From assembly GCF_000002075.1 (NCBI RefSeq), contig NW_004797313.1, positions 443,628-507,627 on the forward strand: 64,000 nucleotides of DNA, given 5' to 3'. The notes under the pieces were generated by a model, which was given only the letters and a program-made list of their open reading frames with translations, had not been told where the DNA came from and did not search any database. Origin of the DNA: Aplysia californica. Taxonomy: Eukaryota. The position numbers and the translations under genes are program-made. The number at the start of each line of letters is the position of its first letter. Positions within the stretch are counted from its first letter, which is position 1. This document shows positions 28,901 through 37,994 of the stretch, one piece after another.

Positions 28901-31900
28901 GGTAGAATCCCTCAAACTAATAATACAGCCAGGCTTCATGAAATAATCTCCCTGTTAAACAAGGTGTGCATTAAGATAAATTTCACACTGCATGTGTATT
29001 ATAAATATATATGTCATGTGGTGTGTTTTTATGAATGTGAGCATGCATGTGTCTGTGAATATGCGCATATATTTGTGTGTGTATTACTAGGGGAAGATTA
29101 TAACATACTATACTGGTAAAAGTAAAGCCTAACTGGCATAGTTTGTTGTAAAGTGTGCATCGATCAAGATCATGGGAATGCCAACAAATTGAGACAGTAT
29201 GTACATAAATTCAGACTGCAGTAGAACTAGGGGTGGGCATCAATTGCCACAGCCATATTTGAAAAAAATAATTTTCCACAATATTTATCTCAACAGAGGG
29301 AATATATCGCAGTGCAAACATGTTTAATGCAATTGCAAAAGATGCACTATTATTGTACTTTATACAGTTTAACTGATTCTAAATAAAAAGGCACAATTAA
29401 CTCTAAGATATATCTGTAGAAACTAAAGCTCAATATATCCAATGCTTTGGGAACAGTGAGAAAGAATTTCTTTCGCTTTACACCGTCATAATAAAAGCGT
29501 GCATTCAATATAAACTATAAGTAGGAGCCTTTATCGCATCGGGGGTGAGACATAAATGACATCTTGACTCATGTCATTATACTGGGTTATAGCTCAGCCG
29601 ACATGAGAACAGAATCTAAAAGACTGTTAATAAACAGTCCTGTCAAGTACATAAGTTCTTGAAAGCTAAACATATCTGTCAGTGATTATTGTTTTAACAA
29701 TCCTTGAAAGAAAACTTCAATTACAAATACTATGAGAAAAGCACTCATGTGAATGGTGAATGTAAAATGCGAACTTTACCTGGAAATCAGCATCTTTAGC
29801 CGCTGATTTTCTCTTTTCCTCAAGGCCCCTGAAGAGCTCCTCACCCACGAGAGGAACAATACCTTTGTTGCCAGGGCTACCAATGATACTGTAAGACTTT
29901 CCACTTCCAGTTTGTCCATAGGCAAACAAAGAGCAGTTGTAACCTTTCCATGCATTTTCCAAAACTCCTCGCCCCAAGTCATCAAACACCTTTTTCTGTA
30001 ACAGACATGTGACGAGACTATTAGCTTGCTAGCTCACTCTCTATAACACAAACAAAACACATAAAATGAAAAGTCACCTAAAGACTCACTGGGAGAAAGC
30101 AACAGAACAGAAACTGAAATAGATAAATTCCAGTAGCCTCAAGATGTCAAAAAGTTCTCCCAATTAATTGATTCCAAAATCAATTCAACAATTTGAACTT
30201 TTTAAAAAATAGGCTTAAACTCAACAAATGCATAGGCTAATGTTTTCTTGGTTTTTGTTTGTTTTTTTACAAAATGAACAAATCCCACTATCAAGTTGTC
30301 AAGTTTATATAACACTTCCATCCTACTGACTCCTAAAACACTGTTGGAAAAGCATTTTCTTCAATACCAGAGCTTCGAAAAGTATATCAGAAAGATAGAA
30401 GAATCGGAGCATTAAATTTTTTAATAATTCCCAAAATGATCCCTTTAAGAGCTTTGAAGTGCAACAACATAGATTTTTCAACAGTCATTGTCTTTGCATT
30501 CCTGACTTCAGTACAGTATATAGTGGGTGTCTCTTTTTTTTAAAGTTCAAGATAAGGAGATAATCGAATACAATACTTAAAAAGGAATTTTAAAGGAACC
30601 TGTTCACTGGAACATACAGGTAATATAGATGATTTTTAAAAAACCAAAAACGCAAGGGTGGCAAGCATTATTCCTTTCCATTCACATTTACAGTTACCTT
30701 TAAACACTAAACAGAGTTCAGTCTTTTTATCAACAGGGGGAATTTTGAATACTCTATCCAAAAAAAATCATACTTGAAGGTGCACATTGTTAGGCAAGTA
30801 TACAGCAATAAACTCCCTACGCTCATTAAAAGCATGTGAACTAAAAAAACAAGTGGAATGTTTTTGATGGTGTACAGGCACCATTTTTTATCGAATTCAA
30901 GTAGGCTACTCATTTAAGTGTTTAAGTTTGGTATTATTTGGGGGGGATAATAATACAATAAACACAAAATTTTCCAAAATCATTGATATTTGTTTTGTAA
31001 AATTGCTTACTTTGGCAAACTTCCTATCAAATAGAATGGTAAATTTGGTAAATTCGTAAAAGAAAAAGTTTGATTCAGTAAAGATTTCAATTTGTCCTGT
31101 TTGACATGGACAGAGGATAAAGAGGTACCCGTATTTCTGACATACTTAGCTTTAAAGAGTGGTTTGTATACTAAACTTTTAAAAACAATCTAAGCCATGA
31201 GAAATATAAATTATTCACAACAATGAAATGAAATCCATGCTTGGCTTACCTGGTCAGCATATTTACTGCTTGCGGGTTCATTATAACCATCAGCTCTCTC
31301 TTTGAACCCATCATGAGACCAGTAAGAGTAATCAAAGGCAAATTTTCTTGGTTCCGCTTTCATATTTTCTGGATCCTTGATTATGGTCTGGTTCCCAGAC
31401 ATCTCAATGATGAGCTTAGCATTGCGATTGATTTCCCTGGAGTTCTTGTATGGTTAAAGAAACTCTTTCGAAAAAATATTGCTTGAAAAAAAAAAATGTT
31501 GCCCAGGACACAAAGCAGCACAAACATTTCAATAATATAACTTCTCAAAAGGAAGGGCACATAACAAATCTCATAAGAAACAAAAAGAGAGAGAGAGAGG
31601 TCTCAAATGTGAACTGAAAATAAAGTCATTCCGTAATCTACAATTGCTTCATTTGATTACCTCTAAAAATGTTTGTCTCAAGGAATTGACAATTCTTAAG
31701 AAACACATGTCCAAATCGTCTTTCCAATAAATGACAATTCTAGATCATTGTAAGCATATCGCAGTCCTAATTTTGGTCAACACAATATAGAAATCTACAG
31801 TGGATCACCTTCAATTCCAACAACTAAACCCCGTCATTCAGTTCTTTTAATTCTAGTTATTATATCAGTTCAACTGATGTAATGCTAATGGAAATCAAAA

Positions 31901-32545
31901 TGTTCCTTTTCTTAAAAAAATACTGATGCTTCCAAGTTGCAGGTTTTAAAATACTATCAGCATTTTCTCTGCTGTGCAGCCATGTAATCATGCAACCATG
32001 GTTCCCACACTTGTGAGTCCTCCATCTGTTTTTATCAGCTGTGTTTTGTCGTTGTGTAGAGTATTTCCGATGTCTGGAGAGGCAGGTATGTAGGTACTAC
32101 GCAAGTCGCTTAGTGCAAGGCAGGTAAAGAAGTGATGTGATACTGTTTCATCCTGGCAGTCACACGACGAGCAGTCGGGTGGGGTATCCTTGAAGATCCT
32201 TTAGGTAGGAATTCAGTGGGATGTGCTGTGTTAGCAGGCGAAAGCAGTTTGTACATTACGGTGATCACATACTTCATTTAACTATTTCTCTTCCTATCTG
32301 CATTCACATTTGGACCATGTCTTTGTCCTTCTCCTATGATCAGCAGAGCTGAAAGTGTTAGATGAGTGATTAGTAAAAAAAAAAAAAAAAAAAAAGAAAC
32401 AATTAGCCAATTAGCTGTCAATAGACATCACAAATATTACACATCAAAACACTGGTTTGCTGCCCCATATCAAGTATCTTGGTCTTTCTGCTTAGATATT
32501 GTATCCCTCTCAGCCCGGGCAGGCCCAGACAAGCAGGGTCAGAAG

Positions 32546-32580
<35 letters not shown>

Positions 32581-33150
32581 GGCGCTGTGGCTTCATAAAC
32601 GGTCAGCGATGCCGACAGCACGCAGGAACTCAACACTTGCCCGGGGGTCCTTAAAAAGTGCTGAAAGTGGGTTACTGAAATGTCCCAGCAGACGGGTTCT
32701 AGCACGATAGCTGGCGCTGTCAGAAGCCCTATATCAGTTCATTACATTAACGTAAGTTATCATAAAGATATTGAGGATAATATTATCCATACATTGTTCA
32801 ACTTTTACACATCCTAAGTACAAAAAATCTCTATTGATAAAACAGGACTGAGATCTAGTTCAATGAATTTCTTTCTGTAGAAAAGCAAGTTTGAATTTGG
32901 CTGGCATAAACGAACTTGAAACTTCAAAACCAACCTAATGTTATTTCCTACTCCCGTGAAATTAATACACATGCTTCTCACAATATGCTTAGCCCCCTTT
33001 AAAAAAGCCATAATAGTTCTGGTAACACAAATAAACACAAAAACTATCATATGTATTTAATTTGTTTTTAAGAAAGTAAATTCAATTTGTTCAAGAATGT
33101 AAGGATACAAAAGGGCGAACCCTAACTGCCACTTTAACTGTTTCAGTCAT
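10859..33150 (-). CDS. KIF28: Kinesin-3 family motor, KIF28/KLP-6-like, 25 coding exons, about 960 aa (gene span)
   Basis: Exons join in consistent phase at GT-AG sites. Motor motifs [20 protein letters not shown] (P-loop), NMNATSSRAH (switch I), DLAGSER (switch II), [29 protein letters not shown] are followed by coiled coil, FHA region ([15 protein letters not shown]), [17 protein letters not shown] tail segments and CVLQ*. The end of exon 10 lies in gap 22623-23055. The KIF28 subfamily call is from recalled domain and sequence features. Confidence 0.88.
12477..12533 (-). CDS. KIF28: KIF28 exon 24 ([19 protein letters not shown])
   Basis: 57 nt, GTAAGT donor, phase 0/0. Confidence 0.75.
13012..13056 (-). 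CDS. KIF28: KIF28 exon 23 ([15 protein letters not shown])
   Basis: 45 nt; TTGCAG acceptor, GTGAG donor, phase 0/0. Confidence 0.7.
13394..13546 (-). CDS. KIF28: KIF28 exon 22 (LIEYL...IEVWGIQK)
   Basis: 153 nt, phase 0/0. Confidence 0.87.
14011..14133 (-). CDS. KIF28: KIF28 exon 21 (TYCNYKFY...GTINPDY)
   Basis: 123 nt, phase 0/0. Confidence 0.87.
14755..14942 (+). mobile_element. About 185-bp headless short retroposon (family X)
   Basis: Starts GGGTGGTTGGTGGGTGCTCTGGTG; tail CATATGACCTTAT..GTTGCAAGCACCGTAA; degenerate TSD TCTCTC(T/C)TA(G/A)A. Confidence 0.75.
15156..15224 (-). CDS. KIF28: KIF28 exon 20 ([23 protein letters not shown])
   Basis: 69 nt, phase 0/0. Confidence 0.85.
15604..15689 (-). 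CDS. KIF28: KIF28 exon 19 ([10 protein letters not shown]...DDPKEL)
   Basis: 86 nt, phase 1/0. Confidence 0.87.
16127..16262 (-). CDS. KIF28: KIF28 exon 18 (EKDPFWEP...)
   Basis: 136 nt, phase 0/1. Confidence 0.9.
17101..17238 (-). CDS. KIF28: KIF28 exon 17 ([13 protein letters not shown])
   Basis: 138 nt, phase 0/0. Confidence 0.9.
17518..17666 (-). CDS. KIF28: KIF28 exon 16 ([22 protein letters not shown])
   Basis: 149 nt, phase 1/0. Confidence 0.9.
18083..18246 (-). CDS. KIF28: KIF28 exon 15 ([11 protein letters not shown]...AQEEIA)
   Basis: 164 nt, phase 2/1. Confidence 0.9.
18899..19257 (+). mobile_element. Decayed copy of the same CORE-SINE family
   Basis: CACTTTACACAAAT...GGAATGGGTA...CAGGGATATG and an (ATT)n tail match the 6611-6957 element. 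Confidence 0.7.
19432..19560 (-). CDS. KIF28: KIF28 exon 14 (FHA; ILKDHA...VNG...LHHNDR)
   Basis: 129 nt, phase 2/2. Confidence 0.9.
20240..20303 (-). CDS. KIF28: KIF28 exon 13 (FHA; GTAKIGN...LMNGLS)
   Basis: 64 nt, phase 1/2. Confidence 0.88.
20843..20957 (-). CDS. KIF28: KIF28 exon 12 ([13 protein letters not shown])
   Basis: 115 nt, phase 0/1. Confidence 0.9.
21004..21185 (-). mobile_element. About 182-bp headless short retroposon (family X)
   Basis: Same 5' and 3' ends; 9-bp TSD ATAATGTCC (20995-21003, 21186-21194). Confidence 0.8.
21818..22260. mobile_element. Non-autonomous DNA transposon (MITE) with degenerate TIRs
   Basis: TGTTATGACGCAGTGGAATCAGGTGCTCATCAA is an inverted match to TTGACAAGCGTCTGATTTCACCACGCTGCCTTACA; internal GGTATCATTTGAAAG motif. 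Confidence 0.55.
22303..22418 (-). CDS. KIF28: KIF28 exon 11 ([12 protein letters not shown]...KSWEEKL)
   Basis: 116 nt, phase 1/0; coiled coil with the SWEEKL motif typical of kinesin-3. Confidence 0.88.
23056..23221 (-). CDS. KIF28: KIF28 exon 10, 3' end in assembly gap (ADRAKAIK...[10 protein letters not shown])
   Basis: Neck and neck coil; runs into the N gap. Confidence 0.88.
23798..24132 (+). mobile_element. 5'-truncated LINE 3' end (CCHC zinc knuckle, I/Nimb-like) with (AAC)n tail
   Basis: Open frame [26 protein letters not shown] to stop; perfect 14-bp TSD AGAAAATGATGGAA (23784-23797, 24133-24146). Confidence 0.88.
24184..24244 (-). CDS. KIF28: KIF28 exon 9 ([20 protein letters not shown])
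   Basis: 61 nt, phase 0/1. Confidence 0.92.
24749..24819 (-). CDS. KIF28: KIF28 exon 8 ([24 protein letters not shown])
   Basis: 71 nt, phase 1/0. Confidence 0.92.
25231..25364 (-). CDS. KIF28: KIF28 exon 7 (ERADSTG...INKSLSTLG)
   Basis: 134 nt, phase 2/1. Confidence 0.92.
25923..26030 (-). CDS. KIF28: KIF28 exon 6 (RAHTIV...IVDLAGS)
   Basis: 108 nt, phase 2/2. Confidence 0.92.
26470..27180 (-). mobile_element. RTE-clade LINE 3' fragment, frameshifted
   Basis: [20 protein letters not shown] and [27 protein letters not shown] are RTE-type post-RT motifs. Confidence 0.85.
27749..27860 (-). CDS. KIF28: KIF28 exon 5 ([14 protein letters not shown])
   Basis: 112 nt, phase 1/2. Confidence 0.9.
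28583..28697 (-). CDS. KIF28: KIF28 exon 4 ([17 protein letters not shown])
   Basis: 115 nt, phase 0/1. Confidence 0.9.
29780..29995 (-). CDS. KIF28: KIF28 exon 3 (P-loop GQTGSGKS)
   Basis: 216 nt, AG..GT; within ORF 29717-29989. Confidence 0.93.
31250..31444 (-). CDS. KIF28: KIF28 exon 2 ([10 protein letters not shown]...[10 protein letters not shown]...YADQ)
   Basis: 195 nt, phase 0/0, AG..GTAAG. Confidence 0.9.
31445..33108 (-). other. U12-type (minor spliceosome) GT-AG intron of KIF28
   Basis: 5' site GTATCCTTAC (33108-33099); branch-like TTTCTTTAAC (31462-31453) just upstream of the AG; no polypyrimidine tract; splicing gives VRPF|NSRE. Confidence 0.85.
31965..32345 (-). mobile_element. 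Decayed LINE 3' fragment related to the 23798 element
   Basis: Minus-strand translation with a frameshift: [14 protein letters not shown] / [23 protein letters not shown]. Confidence 0.7.
33109..33150 (-). CDS. KIF28: KIF28 coding exon 1 ([14 protein letters not shown])
   Basis: ATG at 33150; donor GTATCCTT (U12-type). Confidence 0.9.
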
Positions 33151-34139
33151 TTTGGCAATTGAAGCAGGAATCACACAATATCAACAACTGTCAGTTCTGA
33201 AATGAAATAAAAAACCAGAGTGAGTTTCTGAAGTTGATGAATATAAAAGCACAAAAGCAGATTTGAATAACAATCATATAAGAAGGATGATAATATTTTA
33301 AGCAAAAACATTTACATTTGTCATTCGATCCATTTGGTAGTCTATCAATAGTAAAAAGTTTAAAAGAACTTGAATAGGCCTACTACCGTAAAAATTGAAG
33401 GTTTGTGAAGCTTAAAAAATCTATGAAAAACTTTTATTTCTGTCCGACAGCTTTTGAATTTGTCACAGTGTGTTGAAAATCTTACAGTACACTACAAAAT
33501 AACCAGTGGCAAAATAGGTTTTCAATATTCATTTATGCTTTTTCGTGTGTTTATGAAGAAATGCGTAGGAAATCACTCTAAGTTATTGTCTAGGATTTTG
33601 TAGGCACAATATTTTACATCTGAACCACTATATTGTCGAAAATATATTGCAAATGATCAAAATTTTCATAGCATTCGTGACCCTCATAAGGTTCCCAATA
33701 AGTGATTATTGTCATAATGGATGTGCATGACTTGTATCACATCTATAGATCTTTAGTCTAAATGGTAGCTGGAGAAATATTGACAGGTTCATTGAATGCT
33801 TTTGTGTGGGGGTTTTTCAATTTTTTTTCACCAAAACTTCCTCACTATCAACGCCTCACTTGAAGTTGGAGTGTTTGAGTCTCAGATCTGAAGACAGGGA
33901 TTGTTTCCACAGGTCTGTTTAGATTTTATTAATTACTGAAGCTAAATGAGGAGTTTGCATGGTAAATTTGATTCATAATAAAATAGTGCACTTTTACAGA
34001 AAAGATCCGAACAACTTAACATTAAAATGTGCGCACTTCAAATTCAAGTCAAAATGATTTTCCAAAATCCATTGAACTCCACTGGAAAAAACAAATGGCA
34101 CCATAACACCACTGCCTCAGGAAGAGATCCCGCATTACC

Positions 34140-34560
34140 ATCAAATACAATATTCATAGGTCAACACACTCGCGTCTCTTGATTGGCCGTCAGTGATTGA
34201 ACAGACAGATGCTGAGATGAGCTGATCGTGGGGTATGTTCTACCTTGCAAAAAATTGATTAAAGGACAATGGCGGTGTATCTGCAATGATCTGCACAAAT
34301 TAATCAAACAGACCTCAGCACGCAAAAATGACATCAGAGTGAAAATTTGCACTGACGTCATATGCTGTTGGAAATAGGTGGTGCCAGTATTTCGAAATAG
34401 CCTAGGCCTAGAGCTTTACAGCTTATTCCGTGGGGAGGTTTCGTTTACACACTATCGATTCTTCCTTGACAACTTCCGTAAATAAAAGAGAGACAACTCG
34501 CAGCAACAGCGATTTCCGGCGTGAATTATGCCAAGTAGAGATAACCAGGGTTTTTTTCCG
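34140..34560. promoter_or_regulatory. Putative bidirectional promoter between KIF28 and the TEX12-like gene
   Basis: Locally CpG-richer. ATTGG/CCAAT box at about 34182, TGACGTCA (CRE) at 34353-34360, ETS-like ACTTCCG and TTTCCGG at about 34472 and 34513. A KIF28 5'UTR acceptor (TTTCAG, minus, about 33197) implies an upstream non-coding exon, with a candidate donor at about 34138. Confidence 0.45.
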
Positions 34561-35504
34561 AACGTACAAAAAAGTTATTTTGAATTATTCCCCCTGATGC
34601 AAAACAACGATAGCCAGCAGACGCCGTCGATGATCGACAGAAGAAACCAAAACCTTTGACTTTGCTGTCTATACCAGTAGAATTTGGGAGAAAAATATTA
34701 TGGTAATGTTTGTATTAATATTAGATCTAGTACAAAAATGTACTAGTTTTTTTTTATCCCAAATATTGAAGGGGCAAGAGACAGACCGCTCTTTTTTTTC
34801 CACCAATAGGCGCAAATTTTTCAGTGGATGCCACCCCTACATGATGCCGTACTGATACGATACATGTACAATTCATCACAACCTCGTCCTATTATTTACT
34901 GGCGTACATATGGGTATATGTATATCTACGTGTAGTACGTAGCAGGTAGCATCTAGTCTATAATCGTACTAAAAGATCTAGTTTTCTTCCCAGCACCTTA
35001 TATCCTGCCATCAGTAGATCTACTAAGGGTTCCTGCCATGTAAAAAAAGGCCCTAACACCAACACTCAACAATGTGCACCCTGTCTTAACGTAGACCCGT
35101 GTGAGTGTGATAAGTAGATATATAGATCTAGATATTGAAGTCAACTGAAAACAAAAACCAAATTCAACAGTGAACACTTAAAATTACGTTTTGTCTTATA
35201 ATATAATGCTTGCATCAACCTTTGCTCATGGAAGCACGGTACACTGAAAGAGTACAGAGGTTGCGTGTACCACCAAGTCAGAAAAATGCATACCTCTAAT
35301 GTACTGCTGTACATATATGTGCGCGCTGAGGCTATTCTCAGGGCTTGTAGTTGTACCATAGCTTGAAAAGTGCTGATAAGATATATATTATACCATTTTC
35401 AAGAAGTTAAGTGCATAATTTGAAAAAAGGCACAAGAATACTTTTACTGTCTTCCAAATCATTAGGTTAGTACATCTTGGAAGCAGAGATTTTTTTCTTT
35501 TATA

Positions 35505-35860
35505 GTGGAGGGTTTTACGGCGCTCGCAACTGCATTAGGTCATATGAGCGCCAAGGGGTGAGTGTCAACAGAGAAGTCTTTACAGGGAATCAGACTTATT
35601 CTACTCACCTCTCTAGCTTCAACAGCACAAGGTCTGCTTCGACTATCAAGGCACCCCGGAAATAGCAGGTCACAAGAGAGTGACAAACATACAAAAGAAG
35701 TAAGGGAAAAATGACAAAAGTAAGGATTAGGAAAGAAAAAGCAGCAGTTCCCTGTTGTAGATCAGTTATGAGCGTGACATGAATCAACCCATTTATAATT
35801 CTACTGTGCTTGAATGAGAAATGTCCCACCTTTGGGAATGGCCTACCCCGGGGGGCGCAG
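35505..35860 (-). mobile_element. Longer relative of family X sharing the same 3' tail
   Basis: GTTTTACGGCGCTCGCAACTGCATTAGGTCATATGAGCGC tail plus a CACAAGAGAGTGACAAACAT...AAAAGAAG segment. Confidence 0.6.
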
Positions 35861-36991
35861 CAGAGATTGTAGAGTTCAAGTTCAACAGTCCCGAAGAATT
35901 TTGTTTAACTTTTTATTGTTGTTTTTTAATTCCTGTGTGTAGTAGTAGTAGGNNNNNNNNNNNNNNNNNNNNNNNNNNNNNNNNNNNNNNNNNNNNNNNN
36001 NNNNNNNNNNNNNNNNNNNNNNNNNNNNNNNNNNNNNNNNNNNNNNNNNNNNNNNNNNNNNNNNNNNNNNNNNNNNNNNNNNNNNNNNNNNNNNNNNNNN
36101 NNNNNNNNNNNNNNNNNNNNNNNNNNNNNNNNNGGGTACAGTGATGAATTTTTCAATCCACGAACATGACCATGAATTCTTTCTCAACAGAGATCAATCA
36201 AGTTTCATTCATTCATTCATTTATATTACATATATCTGAAGCAACTTGCCCAAAAAAAACTCTTGTGATACCTTTAGTCATCAAAATACTATTTATAAAT
36301 TTAGAAGATTAATTTCTCTACTGGGTTTGCCGTAGGATAAGGAAGTGACGAACTAACATGCAATTAGAACCTGCGCTTGCACACAGTACATGACATATCC
36401 AATGAGATCAAGTCAAGCAATCGAAGAGTCTTGAAAGATCTCCAAACAACCCGAGTGTAAGAATGCCCCTAGAGGATTCAAACCACTGCCATTCGCACCA
36501 AAATCCAGCTATACCACCATCTAAACTAACAAGGAGTGCCCACATGATGTGCCTGTCCCCATTCCATGAAATGAAATTTTCAAATATGCTTTGACTTACG
36601 ATTTTTAAAAGTACAGTCGACTCCGCTGGTGTTGGAACTCGCTTGAGTTGCATCTTCTGTAAAGCTGATCTTTTTCTCAGGTACCAGCACCTCTTCTTCT
36701 TTGCAGGTCTCAATGGTTTAGTTGAACTTCAGATCAGTCTATCTTTTTTTCACTCCCCCGACAACATCAACTCATTCGTAGTCGCCTGTGACACTAAGCC
36801 ACTAAGCTGTTCATATCAAAGAAATCAATCAATATTGAGAAGGGGTGCAGTAATGAACTAGATCTAGCAGCCACTTTTTCATCCCCTTTTTTAAAGCATA
36901 CAGTCCATGCTGAGGTAAAATATCTAGGTAAAACAACAGCAGATAGACACAATCAACTTAGAACTCTATTGTTCTTTCATTTCAGGCCCGA

Positions 36992-37534
36992 ATGGAAACC
37001 GCTAAGTATTGCGACTTTGTGGACAGTACCGGTGTCCTGGCTGAAGCCTGGGAGCCACATTCAACAGCTAAGAAGCAAAGACTAGACAGCACAACAAAAC
37101 AGTTAGACATCTCCCTATCCAACCAGGAAGACAAAATACATGATCCTCATGATCTCGAAAGAGGCAATGTATGTATCAGCAGCAACAGATCAACAGAACT
37201 CATTGATCCCTATTGTGAAGCAGTAGAGCAAACACCAAACCAGTACAATTATAACGAAAGTGACCCAGCTCCTGCTAACATGAATGAGGGCACCAGTGCC
37301 TGCATGAGAAACTTTTCAGAATTACTGCGTGAACTGGGACAGGAATCAAGAATGGTGATACTTCAATACTCTCAGACATTTGGAGACAGTGAGGACTATG
37401 AACAGCAAGCTTCTCAAGCACTGTCTGACCTCGATGCACATGCAAAAATTTTGGACCAGATGTTACAGTGTCAAAAAGATAGCCTTTGCGGTCACCTGAA
37501 CTCTATATCAGAGGCACTGAGAAGAGAATTGTAA
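36992..37534 (+). CDS. TEX12: TEX12-like synaptonemal-complex central-element protein (180 aa; possibly extended by M-A-R if the ATG at 34700-34702 splices to 36986)
   Basis: Longest gap-free ORF in the window, with a TTTCATTTCAG acceptor at 36985 and AATAAA overlapping the stop. The C-terminal 71 aa (FSELLRELGQESRMVILQY...LNSISEALRR) align without gaps to human TEX12 as recalled (LEKDLNDVSKEINLMLSTY...FTVIANTLHR). Confidence 0.65.
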   Translation: METAKYCDFVDSTGVLAEAWEPHSTAKKQRLDSTTKQLDISLSNQEDKIHDPHDLERGNVCISSNRSTELIDPYCEAVEQTPNQYNYNESDPAPANMNEGTSACMRNFSELLRELGQESRMVILQYSQTFGDSEDYEQQASQALSDLDAHAKILDQMLQCQKDSLCGHLNSISEALRREL

Positions 37535-37808
37535 TAAAAGGACCACAGTGAAAGATGGCCAGAGTTGTAGATTTAGATAATTTGAGTTATTTGTTTCAAG
37601 GACTAAGTTTCATAAATTTTTATTAAACCAGTTCTTCCCCAGTAATGCCTACTTTACACTCCCTGCTTTTACAAGTTACCAACATTGAAACATATTATAA
37701 TGCATACTGATGTTCCATGGGCACATACTACTCAACTGAGAAAAGGTTTCAGTTACAGGCGAGGGATATTTTCTGCTTATAGAATCTACAAAAATTAACA
37801 ATTTGATA

Positions 37809-37994
37809 CAGTGTAGCCTCTCTATAACGATATCGGCGGGACTAGAAAAAAAATTCGTTTTAGAGATTTGTCGTTATAGAGAGGCAACCAAAAATATTAC
37901 TAATGATATATAAGGGAAAAATCAGGACCTGAGCACCATGTCGCTATACAGAGGATGTCGTTATATCGCAGATCGTTATAGAGGGGCTGCACTG
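37809..37994. mobile_element. Tc1/mariner (pogo/Tigger-like) MITE
   Basis: TA|CAGTGTAGCCTCTCTATAACGAT...ATCGTTATAGAGGGGCTGCACTG|TA. Confidence 0.88.

Noticed and set aside
31436-31439. CCAG acceptor for KIF28 exon 2
   Set aside because: Out of frame with exon 1; the AG 8 nt upstream restores RPF-NSRE and fits the U12 branch position.
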